A stretch of 49,379 nucleotides of DNA from Escherichia coli (GTDB taxonomy: Bacteria > Pseudomonadota > Gammaproteobacteria > Enterobacterales > Enterobacteriaceae). The DNA lies in the NCBI RefSeq assembly GCF_003334315.1, contig NZ_QOWR01000034.1; one strand, given 5' to 3'. Below, piece by piece: positions 1 to 14,335 of the stretch. A model generated the notes under the pieces. It did not search any database. It saw only the letters and a list, made by a program, of their open reading frames with translations, and was not told the DNA's origin. Numbering within the stretch: position 1 is the first letter of the stretch; each line of letters opens with the position of its first letter. The position numbers and the translations under genes are program-made.

Positions 1-81
1 AAGTCGCTGTCGTTCTCAAAATCGGTGGAGCTGCATGACAAAGTCATCGGGCATTATCTGAACATAAAACACTATCAATAA
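1..81 (+). CDS. 3' end of an upstream gene running in from the window edge; by remembered synteny this would be cutC
   Basis: Frame 1 is open from base 1 (KSLSFSKSVELHDKVIGHYLNIKHYQ*) to TAA at 79-81. Identity is inferred only from gene order. Confidence 0.4.
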   Translation, partial: KSLSFSKSVELHDKVIGHYLNIKHYQ

Positions 82-208
82 GTTGGAGTCATTACCTTCT
101 TTATCGATTGTTTCAGGCAGTGTTGTGCCTAATTATGCAAGCGGTTAATTCGTTGTATATTTAATTATACAATGATTTCGGTGTCCAGTAATTTAATTAG
201 AGGAATCT

Positions 209-1309
209 ATGCGAGGGAAAAAACGCATTGGGTTATTGTTTTTGCTGATAGCGGTTGTGGTTGGTGGCGGCGGGTTATTGCTGGCGCAAAAAGCCTTACA
301 TAAAACGTCGGATACAGCATTTTGCCTTTCCTGCCACTCGATGAGTAAACCTTTTGAGGAATATCAGGGAACTGTCCACTTTTCGAACCAGAAAGGGATA
401 CGTGCGGAATGTGCCGATTGCCATATTCCAAAGTCAGGGATGGATTATTTATTTGCTAAATTAAAGGCATCTAAAGATATTTATCATGAATTTGTTAGCG
501 GCAAAATAGACAGTGACGATAAGTTCGAAGCTCATCGCCAGGAAATGGCCGAAACAGTATGGAAAGAATTAAAAGCCACTGACTCTGCAACGTGCCGTAG
601 TTGCCATTCTTTTGATGCCATGGATATTGCCTCGCAAAGTGAATCTGCGCAGAAAATGCATAACAAAGCACAAAAGGACAGCGAAACCTGTATCGATTGT
701 CATAAAGGCATTGCCCATTTTCCGCCAGAAATAAAAATGGATGACAACGCGGCGCATGAGCTGGAAAGTCAGGCCGCTACTTCAGTTACTAATGGCGCAC
801 ATATTTATCCTTTCAAAACTTCTCACATAGGCGAGCTGGCTACCGTGAATCCTGGAACCGATCTCACCGTCGTTGATGCCAGTGGCAAACAGCCGATCGT
901 TCTGTTGCAGGGTTATCAAATGCAGGGCAGTGAAAACACGCTCTACCTGGCGGCAGGTCAACGGCTGGCGCTAGCCACATTAAGTGAAGAAGGTATCAAG
1001 GCGCTCACTGTAAACGGGGAATGGCAGGCTGACGAATACGGCAATCAATGGCGTCAGGCGTCTTTACAGGGTGCGCTTACCGATCCCGCATTAGCGGACC
1101 GTAAACCGCTATGGCAATACGCTGAAAAACTTGACGATACCTATTGCGCTGGTTGTCATGCCCCTATTGCCGCCGACCATTACACCGTCAATGCGTGGCC
1201 GTCCATTGCCAAAGGAATGGGGGCACGAACCAGCATGAGCGAAAACGAACTGGACATTTTAACGCGGTATTTCCAGTACAACGCCAAAGATATTACCGAG
1301 AAACAGTGA
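209..1309 (+). CDS. torY: Pentahaem c-type cytochrome of the NapC/NirT/TorC family (TorY), membrane-anchored quinol dehydrogenase partner of TorZ
   Basis: 366-aa ORF with an N-terminal hydrophobic anchor and five CxxCH haem motifs (CLSCH, CADCH, CRSCH, CIDCH, CAGCH); length matches recalled TorY. Confidence 0.93.
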   Translation: MRGKKRIGLLFLLIAVVVGGGGLLLAQKALHKTSDTAFCLSCHSMSKPFEEYQGTVHFSNQKGIRAECADCHIPKSGMDYLFAKLKASKDIYHEFVSGKIDSDDKFEAHRQEMAETVWKELKATDSATCRSCHSFDAMDIASQSESAQKMHNKAQKDSETCIDCHKGIAHFPPEIKMDDNAAHELESQAATSVTNGAHIYPFKTSHIGELATVNPGTDLTVVDASGKQPIVLLQGYQMQGSENTLYLAAGQRLALATLSEEGIKALTVNGEWQADEYGNQWRQASLQGALTDPALADRKPLWQYAEKLDDTYCAGCHAPIAADHYTVNAWPSIAKGMGARTSMSENELDILTRYFQYNAKDITEKQ

Positions 1310-1333
1310 TCCTCGTTGATCAGGGAGGAAGTT

Positions 1334-3763
1334 ATGACATTAACAAGACGTGAATTTATTAAACACAGCGGTATTGCCGCTGGAGCGCTGGTGGTGACAT
1401 CGGCAGCACCGCTCCCCGCATGGGCAGAAGAGAAGGGCGGTAAAATCCTCACCGCGGGACGTTGGGGAGCGATGAACGTAGAAGTGAAGGACGGCAAGAT
1501 TGTTTCTTCAACAGGCGCGCTGGCGAAAACCATACCGAATTCCTTACAGTCTACGGCGGCGGATCAGGTACACACCACGGCGCGTATTCAGCATCCGATG
1601 GTGAGAAAAAGCTATCTCGATAATCCACTGCAACCGGCGAAAGGTCGTGGCGAAGATACCTATGTACAGGTGAGCTGGGAACAGGCATTAAAACTGATTC
1701 ATGAGCAACATGATCGTATTCGTAAAGCTAACGGACCATCGGCCATTTTTGCCGGATCTTACGGCTGGCGCTCTTCTGGCGTGTTGCATAAAGCGCAAAC
1801 CTTACTGCAACGTTATATGAACCTGGCGGGCGGTTATTCCGGGCATAGCGGCGATTATTCAACCGGGGCAGCACAGGTGATCATGCCGCATGTGGTCGGT
1901 TCTGTAGAGGTGTATGAACAGCAGACCTCCTGGCCGCTGATTCTGGAAAACAGCCAGGTTGTGGTGCTGTGGGGAATGAACCCGCTGAATACCTTAAAAA
2001 TTGCCTGGAGCAGTACCGATGAGCAAGGGCTGGAATACTTCCATCAGCTGAAAAAATCTGGCAAACCAGTGATTGCCATTGATCCTATCCGCTCCGAAAC
2101 CATCGAATTCTTTGACGATAATGCCACCTGGATCGCGCCGAATATGGGCACCGACGTGGCACTGATGTTAGGGATTGCGCATACCCTGATGACACAAGGC
2201 AAACACGATAAAGTGTTCCTTGAAAAATACACTACCGGGTATCCGCAGTTTGAAGAGTATCTGACAGGTAAGAGCGATAATACGCCGAAGAGCGCGGTCT
2301 GGGCGGCGGAAATTACTGGCGTACCGGAAGCGCAGATAGTCAAACTCGCTGAACTGATGGCGGCGAATCGCACAATGCTGATGGCAGGCTGGGGAATTCA
2401 GCGCCAGCAATATGGTGAACAGAAACACTGGATGCTGGTGACGCTGGCGGCGATGTTAGGGCAGATTGGTACACCAGGCGGCGGTTTTGGTTTCTCTTAT
2501 CATTACTCCAACGGTGGCAACCCGACGCGTGTTGGCGGCGTGCTGCCGGAAATGTCTGCGGCGATTGCCGGACATGCCAGCGAGGCCGCTGATGATGGCG
2601 GAATGACGGCGATTCCTGTTGCCCGTATCGTCGATGCGCTGGAAAATCCTGGCGGCAAATATCAGCATAACGGTAAAGAACAAACGTATCCGAATATCAA
2701 AATGATCTGGTGGGCGGGTGGCGGTAACTTTACCCATCACCAGGATACTAATCGTCTGATTAAAGCATGGCAGAAACCGGAGATGATCGTCGTTTCTGAA
2801 TGCTACTGGACCGCAGCAGCCAAACACGCAGATATCGTATTACCGATCACCACATCGTTTGAGCGCAATGACTTGACGATGACCGGTGATTACAGCAACC
2901 AGCATATTGTGCCGATGAAGCAGGCTGTTGCTCCGCAATTTGAAGCGCGTAACGATTTTGACGTGTTTGCCGATCTTGCGGAATTACTCAAACCTGGCGG
3001 AAAAGAGATCTATACCGAAGGTAAAGATGAAATGGCGTGGCTGAAATTTTTCTATGATGCCGCTCAGAAAGGTGCCCGTGCGCAACGCGTCACTATGCCA
3101 ATGTTTAATGCCTTCTGGCAGCAAAATAAACTGATCGAAATGCGCCGCAGCGAGAAGAACGAACAGTACGTTCGTTATGGTGATTTCCGCGCCGATCCGG
3201 TGAAAAATGCGCTGGGTACGCCAAGCGGCAAAATTGAAATCTATTCAAAAACGTTGGAAAAATTTGGCTATAAGGATTGCCCGGCACACCCAACCTGGCT
3301 GGCTCCTGATGAATGGAAAGGTACCGCCGACGAGAAGCAGTTACAGCTTCTGACCGCACATCCGGCACACCGTTTACACAGTCAGCTTAACTATGCGGAA
3401 CTGCGTAAAAAATATGCGATCGCCGATCGTGAACCAATCACTATTCACACCGAAGATGCTGCACGCTTTGGTATTGCGAATGGCGATCTGGTGCGTGTCT
3501 GGAACAAACGTGGTCAGATTTTGACAGGCGCGGTGGTGACTGACGGGATCAAAAAAGGCGTGGTATGCGTGCATGAAGGTGCATGGCCAGATCTGGAAAA
3601 TGGCTTGTGTAAAAACGGCAGTGCGAACGTGTTAACGGCGGATATCCCCAGCTCGCAGCTGGCAAATGCCTGTGCCGGTAACTCAGCGTTGGTGTATATC
3701 GAAAAATATACGGGCAATGCACCGAAGTTAACGGCGTTTGATCAGCCAGCTGTTCAGGCGTAA
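1334..3763 (+). CDS. torZ: Periplasmic molybdoenzyme, trimethylamine-N-oxide reductase 2 (TorZ/BisZ)
   Basis: Start moved from track ATG 1316 to ATG 1334, which has GGAGG upstream. Twin-arginine signal [15 protein letters not shown], 809 aa, immediately downstream of torY. Confidence 0.93.
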   Translation: MTLTRREFIKHSGIAAGALVVTSAAPLPAWAEEKGGKILTAGRWGAMNVEVKDGKIVSSTGALAKTIPNSLQSTAADQVHTTARIQHPMVRKSYLDNPLQPAKGRGEDTYVQVSWEQALKLIHEQHDRIRKANGPSAIFAGSYGWRSSGVLHKAQTLLQRYMNLAGGYSGHSGDYSTGAAQVIMPHVVGSVEVYEQQTSWPLILENSQVVVLWGMNPLNTLKIAWSSTDEQGLEYFHQLKKSGKPVIAIDPIRSETIEFFDDNATWIAPNMGTDVALMLGIAHTLMTQGKHDKVFLEKYTTGYPQFEEYLTGKSDNTPKSAVWAAEITGVPEAQIVKLAELMAANRTMLMAGWGIQRQQYGEQKHWMLVTLAAMLGQIGTPGGGFGFSYHYSNGGNPTRVGGVLPEMSAAIAGHASEAADDGGMTAIPVARIVDALENPGGKYQHNGKEQTYPNIKMIWWAGGGNFTHHQDTNRLIKAWQKPEMIVVSECYWTAAAKHADIVLPITTSFERNDLTMTGDYSNQHIVPMKQAVAPQFEARNDFDVFADLAELLKPGGKEIYTEGKDEMAWLKFFYDAAQKGARAQRVTMPMFNAFWQQNKLIEMRRSEKNEQYVRYGDFRADPVKNALGTPSGKIEIYSKTLEKFGYKDCPAHPTWLAPDEWKGTADEKQLQLLTAHPAHRLHSQLNYAELRKKYAIADREPITIHTEDAARFGIANGDLVRVWNKRGQILTGAVVTDGIKKGVVCVHEGAWPDLENGLCKNGSANVLTADIPSSQLANACAGNSALVYIEKYTGNAPKLTAFDQPAVQA

Positions 3764-3814
3764 GACGTGAATAGCGCCCGGAAACGGGCGCTGAGGTTAT
3801 GCAAACGTAAAGCT

Positions 3815-3912
3815 GCCTGATGCGCTATGCTTATCAGGCCTACATAGTCCCTGCAATATATTGAATTAGCAAGGTTTTGTAGGCCGGATAAGGCGTTCAC
3901 GCCGCATCCGGC
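3815..3912. repeat. BIME: two inverted REP elements between convergent torZ and cmoB
   Basis: GCCTGATGCGCTATGCTTATCAGGCCTACA (3815-3843) and GTAGGCCGGATAAGGCGTTCACGCCGCATCCGGC (3879-3912) match the REP consensus. Confidence 0.8.
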
Positions 3913-3927
3913 AGTAATACCAGACCT

Positions 3928-6075
<2,148 letters not shown>

Positions 6076-6127
6076 ACAAACTCCCTTTAAAATGGCCGAT
6101 GGCACCTGTCTATGATAGGTGGCAAAT

Positions 6128-6946
6128 TCAGAAAAGAGAAGATTGCTGTGGAATAGCCGGAACTGCTCCGATCTCTGGAAGCGTTTTACGTAAGTCTTCC
6201 CACAGGGTATGTACCAGTTCCGGTGCCTGGGCAATGTCTGGCGTATGTAAAAAAAGATAAGGCGTAGTGGTCTGATGCCACTGCGCTAATTTTTGTAACC
6301 AGACCTGAAATAATTCCCGGTTTTGCGTCATATCATCACTACCGATAAAACGGATCAGCGGATTTGTCGCCGTCAGTACAGCATGTACCGGAACTTTAGG
6401 TTTTTTTCGTTGAGCGTCGCGAATAGCTTCACTGTGTGGACGTGCTGCATGAACCGGGCGGCTGTCTAAAATCACCCGATTAACGCCGCGCTGATGTAAA
6501 CCGCGATTAAGCGTTTGTTCCTCTTCTCCTTTGGCGAAAAACTGTGGATGGCGGACTTCCACGCCATAATTAAATTCGCCAGGAAGAGAATCGAGAAAAT
6601 GCCAAAGCGCAGGCAGCTCCCGTGGGCCGAATGTGGCAGGCAGTTGCAGCCAGTATTGCCCAATGCGCGGAGCCAACGGTGACATGCGGGTCAAAAATTC
6701 AGTCACTAAATCATCGCAATGCCGTAATGCTGCCTGATGCGAAATGGTCGCCGGAAACTTAAAACAGAAGCGGAAGTCATCTGTGGTCTGCTCACGCCAG
6801 CGCAGGACAACCTCGGGTTTCGGCAGGGCGTAAAGCGTGGTGTTGCCCTCCACGCAGTTAAAGTGGCGGGCATACTCTTCAAGGCTGGTGATCCCCAACC
6901 GCACCCATTTAGGATGCGACCATTGCGGTAGACCGATGTAAATCAT
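6128..6946 (-). CDS. yecE: DUF72-family protein of unknown function (YecE)
   Basis: 272-aa ORF; start overlaps the yecD stop (ATGA at 6943-6946). Confidence 0.88.
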
Positions 6947-7509
6947 AACGCGTTGAGGATCTCTTCCACGCTACGCACACGGGCGATGCGCGGGTAGATA
7001 TGGTTGATACTGTTATTGTGCTGCTCGGCGCTGGCGGCACTACAGGCGTCTTCGGCAATCACCAGATTAAAGCCAAGTTCCCAGGCATTGCGGGCGGTGG
7101 ATTCAACACCGATATTGGTCGAGATCCCACATAACACTATTGTATCGATACCTCGGCGGCGTAATTGCAACTCCAGATCCGTACCGTAAAACGCACCCCA
7201 TTGACGTTTGATGATTTCGATATCGCTGTCGGTTGCACCTAATGCAGCAGGATGTTGCCACCAATTTTCGGGCAACACTTTAGCCGGTGAGGGCGCATCG
7301 ACCGGCTGTTTTAATGCTTCAGCGTAATCGGCAGACCAGCCAACGCGCACCAGAAACACGGGCTGACCGCTGGCGCGAAATTTCGCCGCCAGCTTCCCGG
7401 CGCGATTAACTACCTCATCGGCAGTATGTGGACCACCGGCAAAAGGTAAGATGCCTTCTTGTAAATCGATCACCACCAGCGCAGTGGTTTTAGCATTAAG
7501 TTCAAGCAT
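6943..7509 (-). CDS. yecD: Isochorismatase-family cysteine hydrolase (YecD)
   Basis: Start trimmed to ATG 7509 (MLELNAK...), giving 188 aa. Isochorismatase-like motifs ALVVIDLQ and [20 protein letters not shown]. Confidence 0.85.
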
Positions 7510-7818
7510 AATGACTCCTGAAAAAACAAAATCGTGCCTCACACCTTAATGCGATTAGCCGATGGCGGAACGACAAATTTTGTTAATTTTTATGAGTTCG
7601 GGCAACACCTTTATAGCAAACTGGCGTAGAGTCTGATTTCAGGCCCGATATAAAGTGGTAACGAGGCGTTCCAGCGCGGGCCAGGCTCTTACGGTGCGGC
7701 AGAATTTCCAGTATAATAGCCGCCTTTTTTCATTCAGTTGTGACATACAGCTAACGCTGCGACTTGGTCACCTGCGCAGCAGGGGGCATCCGCCGGCAGC
7801 TAAGTTAAGGGATATCTC

Positions 7819-9591
7819 ATGCGTACAGAATATTGTGGACAGCTCCGTTTGTCCCACGTGGGGCAGCAGGTGACTCTGTGTGGTTGGGTCAACCGTCGTC
7901 GTGATCTTGGTAGCCTGATCTTCATCGATATGCGCGACCGCGAAGGTATCGTGCAGGTATTTTTCGATCCGGATCGTGCGGACGCGTTAAAGCTGGCCTC
8001 TGAACTGCGTAATGAGTTCTGCATTCAGGTCACGGGCACCGTACGTGCGCGTGACGAAAAAAATATTAACCGCGATATGGCGACCGGCGAAATCGAAGTG
8101 CTGGCGTCCTCGCTGACTATCATCAACCGCGCAGATGTTCTGCCGCTTGACTCTAACCACGTCAACACCGAAGAAGCGCGTCTGAAATACCGCTACCTCG
8201 ACCTGCGTCGTCCGGAAATGGCTCAGCGCCTGAAAACCCGCGCTAAAATCACCAGCCTGGTGCGCCGTTTTATGGATGACCACGGCTTCCTCGACATCGA
8301 AACTCCGATGCTGACCAAAGCCACGCCGGAAGGCGCGCGTGACTACCTGGTGCCTTCTCGTGTGCACAAAGGTAAATTCTACGCACTGCCGCAATCCCCG
8401 CAGTTGTTCAAACAGCTGCTGATGATGTCCGGTTTTGACCGTTACTATCAGATCGTTAAATGCTTCCGTGACGAAGACCTGCGTGCTGACCGTCAGCCTG
8501 AATTTACTCAGATCGATGTGGAAACTTCTTTCATGACCGCGCCGCAAGTGCGTGAAGTGATGGAAGCGCTGGTGCGTCATCTGTGGCTGGAAGTGAAGGG
8601 TGTGGATCTGGGCGATTTCCCGGTAATGACCTTTGCGGAAGCAGAACGCCGTTATGGTTCTGATAAACCGGATCTGCGTAACCCGATGGAACTGACTGAC
8701 GTTGCTGATCTGCTGAAATCTGTTGAGTTTGCTGTATTTGCAGGTCCGGCGAACGATCCGAAAGGTCGCGTAGCGGCTCTGCGCGTTCCGGGCGGCGCAT
8801 CGCTGACCCGTAAGCAGATCGACGAATACGGTAACTTCGTTAAAATCTACGGCGCGAAAGGTCTAGCTTACATCAAAGTTAACGAACGCGCGAAAGGTCT
8901 GGAAGGTATCAACAGCCCGGTAGCGAAGTTCCTTAATGCAGAAATCATCGAAGACATCCTGGATCGTACTGCCGCGCAAGATGGCGATATGATTTTCTTC
9001 GGTGCCGACAACAAGAAAATTGTTGCCGACGCGATGGGTGCACTGCGCCTGAAAGTGGGTAAAGACCTTGGTCTGACCGACGAAAGCAAATGGGCACCGC
9101 TGTGGGTTATCGACTTCCCGATGTTTGAAGACGACGGTGAAGGCGGCCTGACGGCAATGCACCATCCGTTCACCTCACCGAAAGATATGACGGCTGCAGA
9201 ACTGAAAGCTGCACCGGAAAATGCGGTGGCGAACGCTTACGATATGGTCATCAATGGTTACGAAGTGGGCGGTGGTTCAGTACGTATCCATAATGGTGAT
9301 ATGCAGCAGACGGTGTTTGGTATTCTGGGTATCAACGAAGAGGAACAGCGCGAGAAATTCGGCTTCCTGCTCGACGCTCTGAAATACGGTACTCCGCCGC
9401 ACGCAGGTCTGGCATTCGGTCTTGACCGTCTGACCATGCTGCTGACCGGCACCGACAATATCCGTGACGTTATCGCCTTCCCGAAAACCACGGCGGCAGC
9501 GTGTCTGATGACTGAAGCACCGAGCTTTGCTAACCCGACTGCACTGGCTGAGCTGAGCATTCAGGTTGTGAAGAAGGCTGAGAATAACTGA
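7819..9591 (+). CDS. aspS: Aspartate--tRNA ligase
   Basis: 590-aa ORF; class II aaRS motifs (e.g. [31 protein letters not shown]); matches recalled AspS. Confidence 0.97.
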   Translation: MRTEYCGQLRLSHVGQQVTLCGWVNRRRDLGSLIFIDMRDREGIVQVFFDPDRADALKLASELRNEFCIQVTGTVRARDEKNINRDMATGEIEVLASSLTIINRADVLPLDSNHVNTEEARLKYRYLDLRRPEMAQRLKTRAKITSLVRRFMDDHGFLDIETPMLTKATPEGARDYLVPSRVHKGKFYALPQSPQLFKQLLMMSGFDRYYQIVKCFRDEDLRADRQPEFTQIDVETSFMTAPQVREVMEALVRHLWLEVKGVDLGDFPVMTFAEAERRYGSDKPDLRNPMELTDVADLLKSVEFAVFAGPANDPKGRVAALRVPGGASLTRKQIDEYGNFVKIYGAKGLAYIKVNERAKGLEGINSPVAKFLNAEIIEDILDRTAAQDGDMIFFGADNKKIVADAMGALRLKVGKDLGLTDESKWAPLWVIDFPMFEDDGEGGLTAMHHPFTSPKDMTAAELKAAPENAVANAYDMVINGYEVGGGSVRIHNGDMQQTVFGILGINEEEQREKFGFLLDALKYGTPPHAGLAFGLDRLTMLLTGTDNIRDVIAFPKTTAAACLMTEAPSFANPTALAELSIQVVKKAENN

Positions 9592-9708
9592 TATGACTCA
9601 AATACACGAAATCATTCGCGTTGCATCGAGGCGGCAACTGAGTGAACTCCCATGAGCATAGATAACTATGTGAATGGGATGAGCGAAGGCAGTCAACGAA
9701 GAGGCAGC

Positions 9709-10161
9709 GTGAAGGATAAAGTGTATAAGCGTCCCGTTTCGATCTTAGTGGTCATCTACGCACAAGATACGAAACGGGTGCTGATGTTGCAGCGGCGTGA
9801 CGATCCCGATTTCTGGCAGTCGGTAACCGGCAGCGTGGAAGAGGGTGAAACCGCGCCGCAAGCTGCCATGCGCGAAGTAAAGGAAGAGGTCACCATTGAT
9901 GTTGTCGCTGAACAACTGACCTTAATTGACTGTCAGCGCACGGTAGAGTTTGAAATTTTTTCACATTTACGTCATCGCTATGCGCCGGGCGTGACGCGTA
10001 ATACGGAATCATGGTTCTGTCTTGCGCTTCCGCACGAGCGGCAGATCGTTTTCACTGAACATCTGGCTTACAAGTGGCTTGATGCGCCTGCTGCGGCGGC
10101 GCTCACTAAGTCCTGGAGCAACCGGCAGGCGATTGAACAGTTTGTAATTAACGCTGCCTGA
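9709..10161 (+). CDS. nudB: Dihydroneopterin triphosphate diphosphatase (Nudix hydrolase)
   Basis: Nudix box [21 protein letters not shown]. Start set to GTG 9709 (AAGAGG about 6 nt upstream) to give the recalled 150 aa; an in-frame ATG at 9652 would add 19 aa. Confidence 0.8.
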
Positions 10162-10189
10162 ACAGGCAGGGCTATCTGGAGATATTTTT

Positions 10190-10930
10190 ATGGCAGGTCA
10201 TAGTAAATGGGCCAACACCAGACATCGTAAAGCTGCGCAGGATGCTAAGCGCGGTAAAATCTTCACTAAAATCATTCGTGAGCTGGTAACCGCGGCTAAG
10301 CTGGGCGGTGGCGATCCGGACGCTAACCCGCGTCTGCGTGCGGCGGTGGATAAAGCACTGTCTAACAACATGACCCGTGACACACTGAACCGCGCAATTG
10401 CACGTGGTGTGGGCGGTGATGATGATGCAAACATGGAAACCATCATCTACGAAGGTTACGGTCCTGGCGGCACGGCAATCATGATTGAATGTCTGTCTGA
10501 CAACCGCAACCGTACCGTTGCTGAAGTGCGTCATGCATTTAGCAAATGTGGCGGTAACCTCGGTACTGATGGTTCCGTTGCCTATCTGTTCAGCAAAAAA
10601 GGCGTGATCTCCTTCGAGAAAGGCGATGAAGACACCATCATGGAAGCAGCACTGGAAGCAGGTGCTGAAGACGTTGTGACCTATGATGACGGCGCGATTG
10701 ATGTCTACACTGCATGGGAAGAAATGGGTAAAGTGCGCGACGCTCTGGAAGCGGCAGGTCTGAAAGCAGACAGCGCGGAAGTTTCCATGATCCCGTCTAC
10801 CAAAGCTGATATGGATGCAGAAACCGCACCGAAACTGATGCGTCTGATCGATATGCTGGAAGATTGCGACGACGTGCAGGAAGTTTACCATAACGGTGAA
10901 ATCTCTGATGAGGTCGCAGCGACTCTCTGA
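10190..10930 (+). CDS. yebC: YebC/PmpR (TACO1) family probable transcriptional regulator
   Basis: 246-aa ORF, highly conserved family; directly upstream of ruvC. Confidence 0.93.
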
Positions 10931-10964
10931 TGAGGCCTGCTAAACAGCAAAACGGAGACGCGTG

Positions 10965-11486
10965 ATGGCTATTATTCTCGGCATTGATCCGGGTTCGCGC
11001 GTGACCGGCTACGGCGTCATCCGCCAGGTAGGTAGGCAACTGTCCTACCTGGGTAGCGGATGCATCCGCACCAAAGTGGATGATTTACCGTCTCGTCTGA
11101 AACTCATCTATGCGGGCGTGACGGAAATCATCACCCAGTTCCAGCCTGATTATTTCGCCATTGAACAAGTCTTTATGGCAAAGAACGCTGACTCAGCCCT
11201 GAAACTGGGCCAGGCGCGCGGCGTGGCGATTGTGGCGGCGGTGAATCAGGAGTTGCCAGTATTTGAATACGCGGCACGTCAGGTAAAGCAAACGGTGGTA
11301 GGTATTGGCAGTGCCGAAAAAAGCCAGGTGCAGCATATGGTCCGCACCTTGCTGAAACTGCCCGCTAATCCACAGGCGGATGCCGCCGATGCGCTGGCGA
11401 TTGCTATCACCCACTGCCACGTTAGTCAGAATGCGATGCAGATGAGCGAATCGCGGCTGAACCTGGCGAGAGGGCGACTGCGTTAA
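10965..11486 (+). CDS. ruvC: Holliday junction resolvase RuvC
   Basis: 173 aa from the second ATG ([17 protein letters not shown]...), the RNase-H-fold resolvase N-terminus. Confidence 0.95.
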
Positions 11487-11487
11487 G

Positions 11488-12090
11488 TTATACCGCCTCG
11501 GTCAGTTCCGGCTGAGGCGTTTCCACTCCCTCCGCATGAATCAACACCAAACCCGGATGATGCCACAAACTGGCTGGCGTGACGGTTTTACGCTCCCACG
11601 GAATAGAACCCAGGAACCAGAATTTCCAGAAAGTGAGTTTTGCATTCGGATTGCTATTTAACAATTCTCCAAACGTCTCTATTTCACCCACCGGAATACA
11701 TAGCGCTTCTTTATAAATATCAAAAACAAATTTTGAACAGAACTGGCGTGAAGATTCGTATTTAAAACCGGTGTGGTAAAGTTTGCGTAGCCGGGAGGGA
11801 ACCTGTTCAACAATTCGTTGTTTTTGTCGTTCTGTCAGCCCAGCGTCTAATCGCTTTATAGCATAGCGTTGATTAGACGAACGTTTAATAAAACGAGATA
11901 GCGTGGTGATGGTTGAAAGGGGAACCCGGCTTTCTGCAACCAGGAAGTCTTCACCGTTATGACCGATAATGATCCCGACGTGATTACTCCAGCAATTTGA
12001 TGCAGCTGATATTTGACCAAATAAGGCAGCACCTATACATGTAAAGACGATATCTCCAATTTCATATTCAGCAGGGTAATTAATATTCAC
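11488..12090 (-). CDS. yebB: DUF830 / permuted papain-like (NlpC/P60-related) protein YebB
   Basis: Start set to GTG at 12090 (VNINYPAEY...), giving the recalled 200 aa; the track extends 33 codons into AT-rich upstream sequence. The gene is visibly more AT-rich than its neighbours. Confidence 0.75.
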
Positions 12091-12295
12091 GTTGTCATTC
12101 CATTGAAATAGATACAAATATACGTAATAGCATAAAAAATTTATTTTTTCAGGAGGCGCAATGTATATTTTTATTACGCATTTCTTCACTGAATATGTAA
12201 TATTAAAATATTTGCTTCCAATATAACCTGTAGAATAAATTATACTGTGCCATTTTTCAGTTCATCGAGACACCTCGCAAGTTTTCTTCATCCTT

Positions 12296-12315
12296 CGCTG
12301 GATATCTATCCAGCA
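12296..12315 (+). promoter_or_regulatory. LexA operator (SOS box) of ruvAB
   Basis: CGCTGGATATCTATCCAGCA dyad about 50 nt upstream of ruvA; matches the recalled ruvA SOS box. Confidence 0.65.
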
Positions 12316-12364
12316 TTTTTTTATCATACAGCATTATCTTTGATTCATTACGCAGGAGCGTCAT

Positions 12365-12976
12365 GTGATAGGCAGACTCAGAGGCATCATCATTGAAAAA
12401 CAACCCCCGCTGGTGTTAATTGAAGTGGGCGGCGTAGGCTATGAAGTGCATATGCCGATGACCTGTTTTTATGAACTCCCTGAAGCGGGTCAGGAAGCGA
12501 TCGTTTTCACCCACTTTGTGGTGCGTGAAGACGCGCAACTGCTGTACGGTTTTAACAATAAACAAGAGCGCACATTGTTCAAAGAGTTGATCAAAACCAA
12601 CGGCGTCGGCCCGAAGTTGGCGCTGGCGATCCTCTCCGGAATGTCAGCGCAGCAGTTCGTTAATGCCGTTGAGCGTGAAGAAGTGGGGGCACTGGTGAAA
12701 CTGCCGGGTATTGGCAAAAAAACCGCCGAACGCTTGATTGTTGAAATGAAAGACCGATTTAAAGGTTTGCATGGCGATCTCTTTACGCCAGCCGCCGACC
12801 TGGTACTCACGTCTCCTGCCAGCCCGGCGACCGACGATGCTGAACAAGAAGCGGTTGCCGCGCTGGTGGCGCTGGGCTATAAACCACAAGAAGCAAGCCG
12901 CATGGTGAGCAAAATCGCTCGCCCTGACGCCAGCAGTGAAACTTTAATTCGCGAAGCCCTACGCGCCGCGTTATGA
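12365..12976 (+). CDS. ruvA: Holliday junction branch migration complex subunit RuvA
   Basis: 203-aa ORF; LexA operator upstream; ruvB follows 8 nt downstream. Confidence 0.97.
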   Translation: MIGRLRGIIIEKQPPLVLIEVGGVGYEVHMPMTCFYELPEAGQEAIVFTHFVVREDAQLLYGFNNKQERTLFKELIKTNGVGPKLALAILSGMSAQQFVNAVEREEVGALVKLPGIGKKTAERLIVEMKDRFKGLHGDLFTPAADLVLTSPASPATDDAEQEAVAALVALGYKPQEASRMVSKIARPDASSETLIREALRAAL

Positions 12977-12981
12977 GGTAA

Positions 12982-13995
<1,014 letters not shown>

Positions 13996-13999
13996 GTCG

Positions 14000-14320
14000 G
14001 ATTGGTCGCTCGCGCCGCATCCGAAATTGGCAGTGTGCCTGATGCGACGCTATTCGCGTCTTATCCGGCCTACCAGAGATAGCGAACCGTAGCTCGGATA
14101 AGGCGCTCGCGACGCATCCGACATTGGCAGTGTGCCTGATGCGACGCTATTCGCGTCTTATCCGGCCTACGAGAGATAGCGAACCGTAGGTCAGATAAGG
14201 CGCTCGCACCGCATCCGACATTGGCAGTGTGCCTGATGCGACGCTGTTCGCGTCTTATCAGGCCAGCCAGAGATAGCGAACCGTAGGTCGGATAAGGCGC
14301 TCGCGCCGCATCCGACAAAT
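14000..14320. repeat. Tandem BIME cluster: three 97-bp units made of alternating REP palindromes
   Basis: GCATCCGA recurs at 14017, 14114, 14211 and 14308 (exact 97-bp period); each unit holds GCCTGATGCGACGCT...GCGTCTTATC(C/A)GGCC and CGGATAAGGCGCTCGCG REP motifs. Confidence 0.85.
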
Positions 14321-14335
14321 GTGTTCAGCGATAGA

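Noticed and set aside
10172-10891. 239-aa ORF antisense to yebC
   Set aside because: Opposite-strand shadow of a highly conserved gene; Cys/His/Phe-rich composition with no recognisable domain.
14000-14320. Regular 97-bp tandem repeats that could be mistaken for a CRISPR array
   Set aside because: The repeated units are themselves REP palindromes and the intervening sequence is also repeated, so there are no unique spacers. No cas genes are nearby. This is a BIME cluster.
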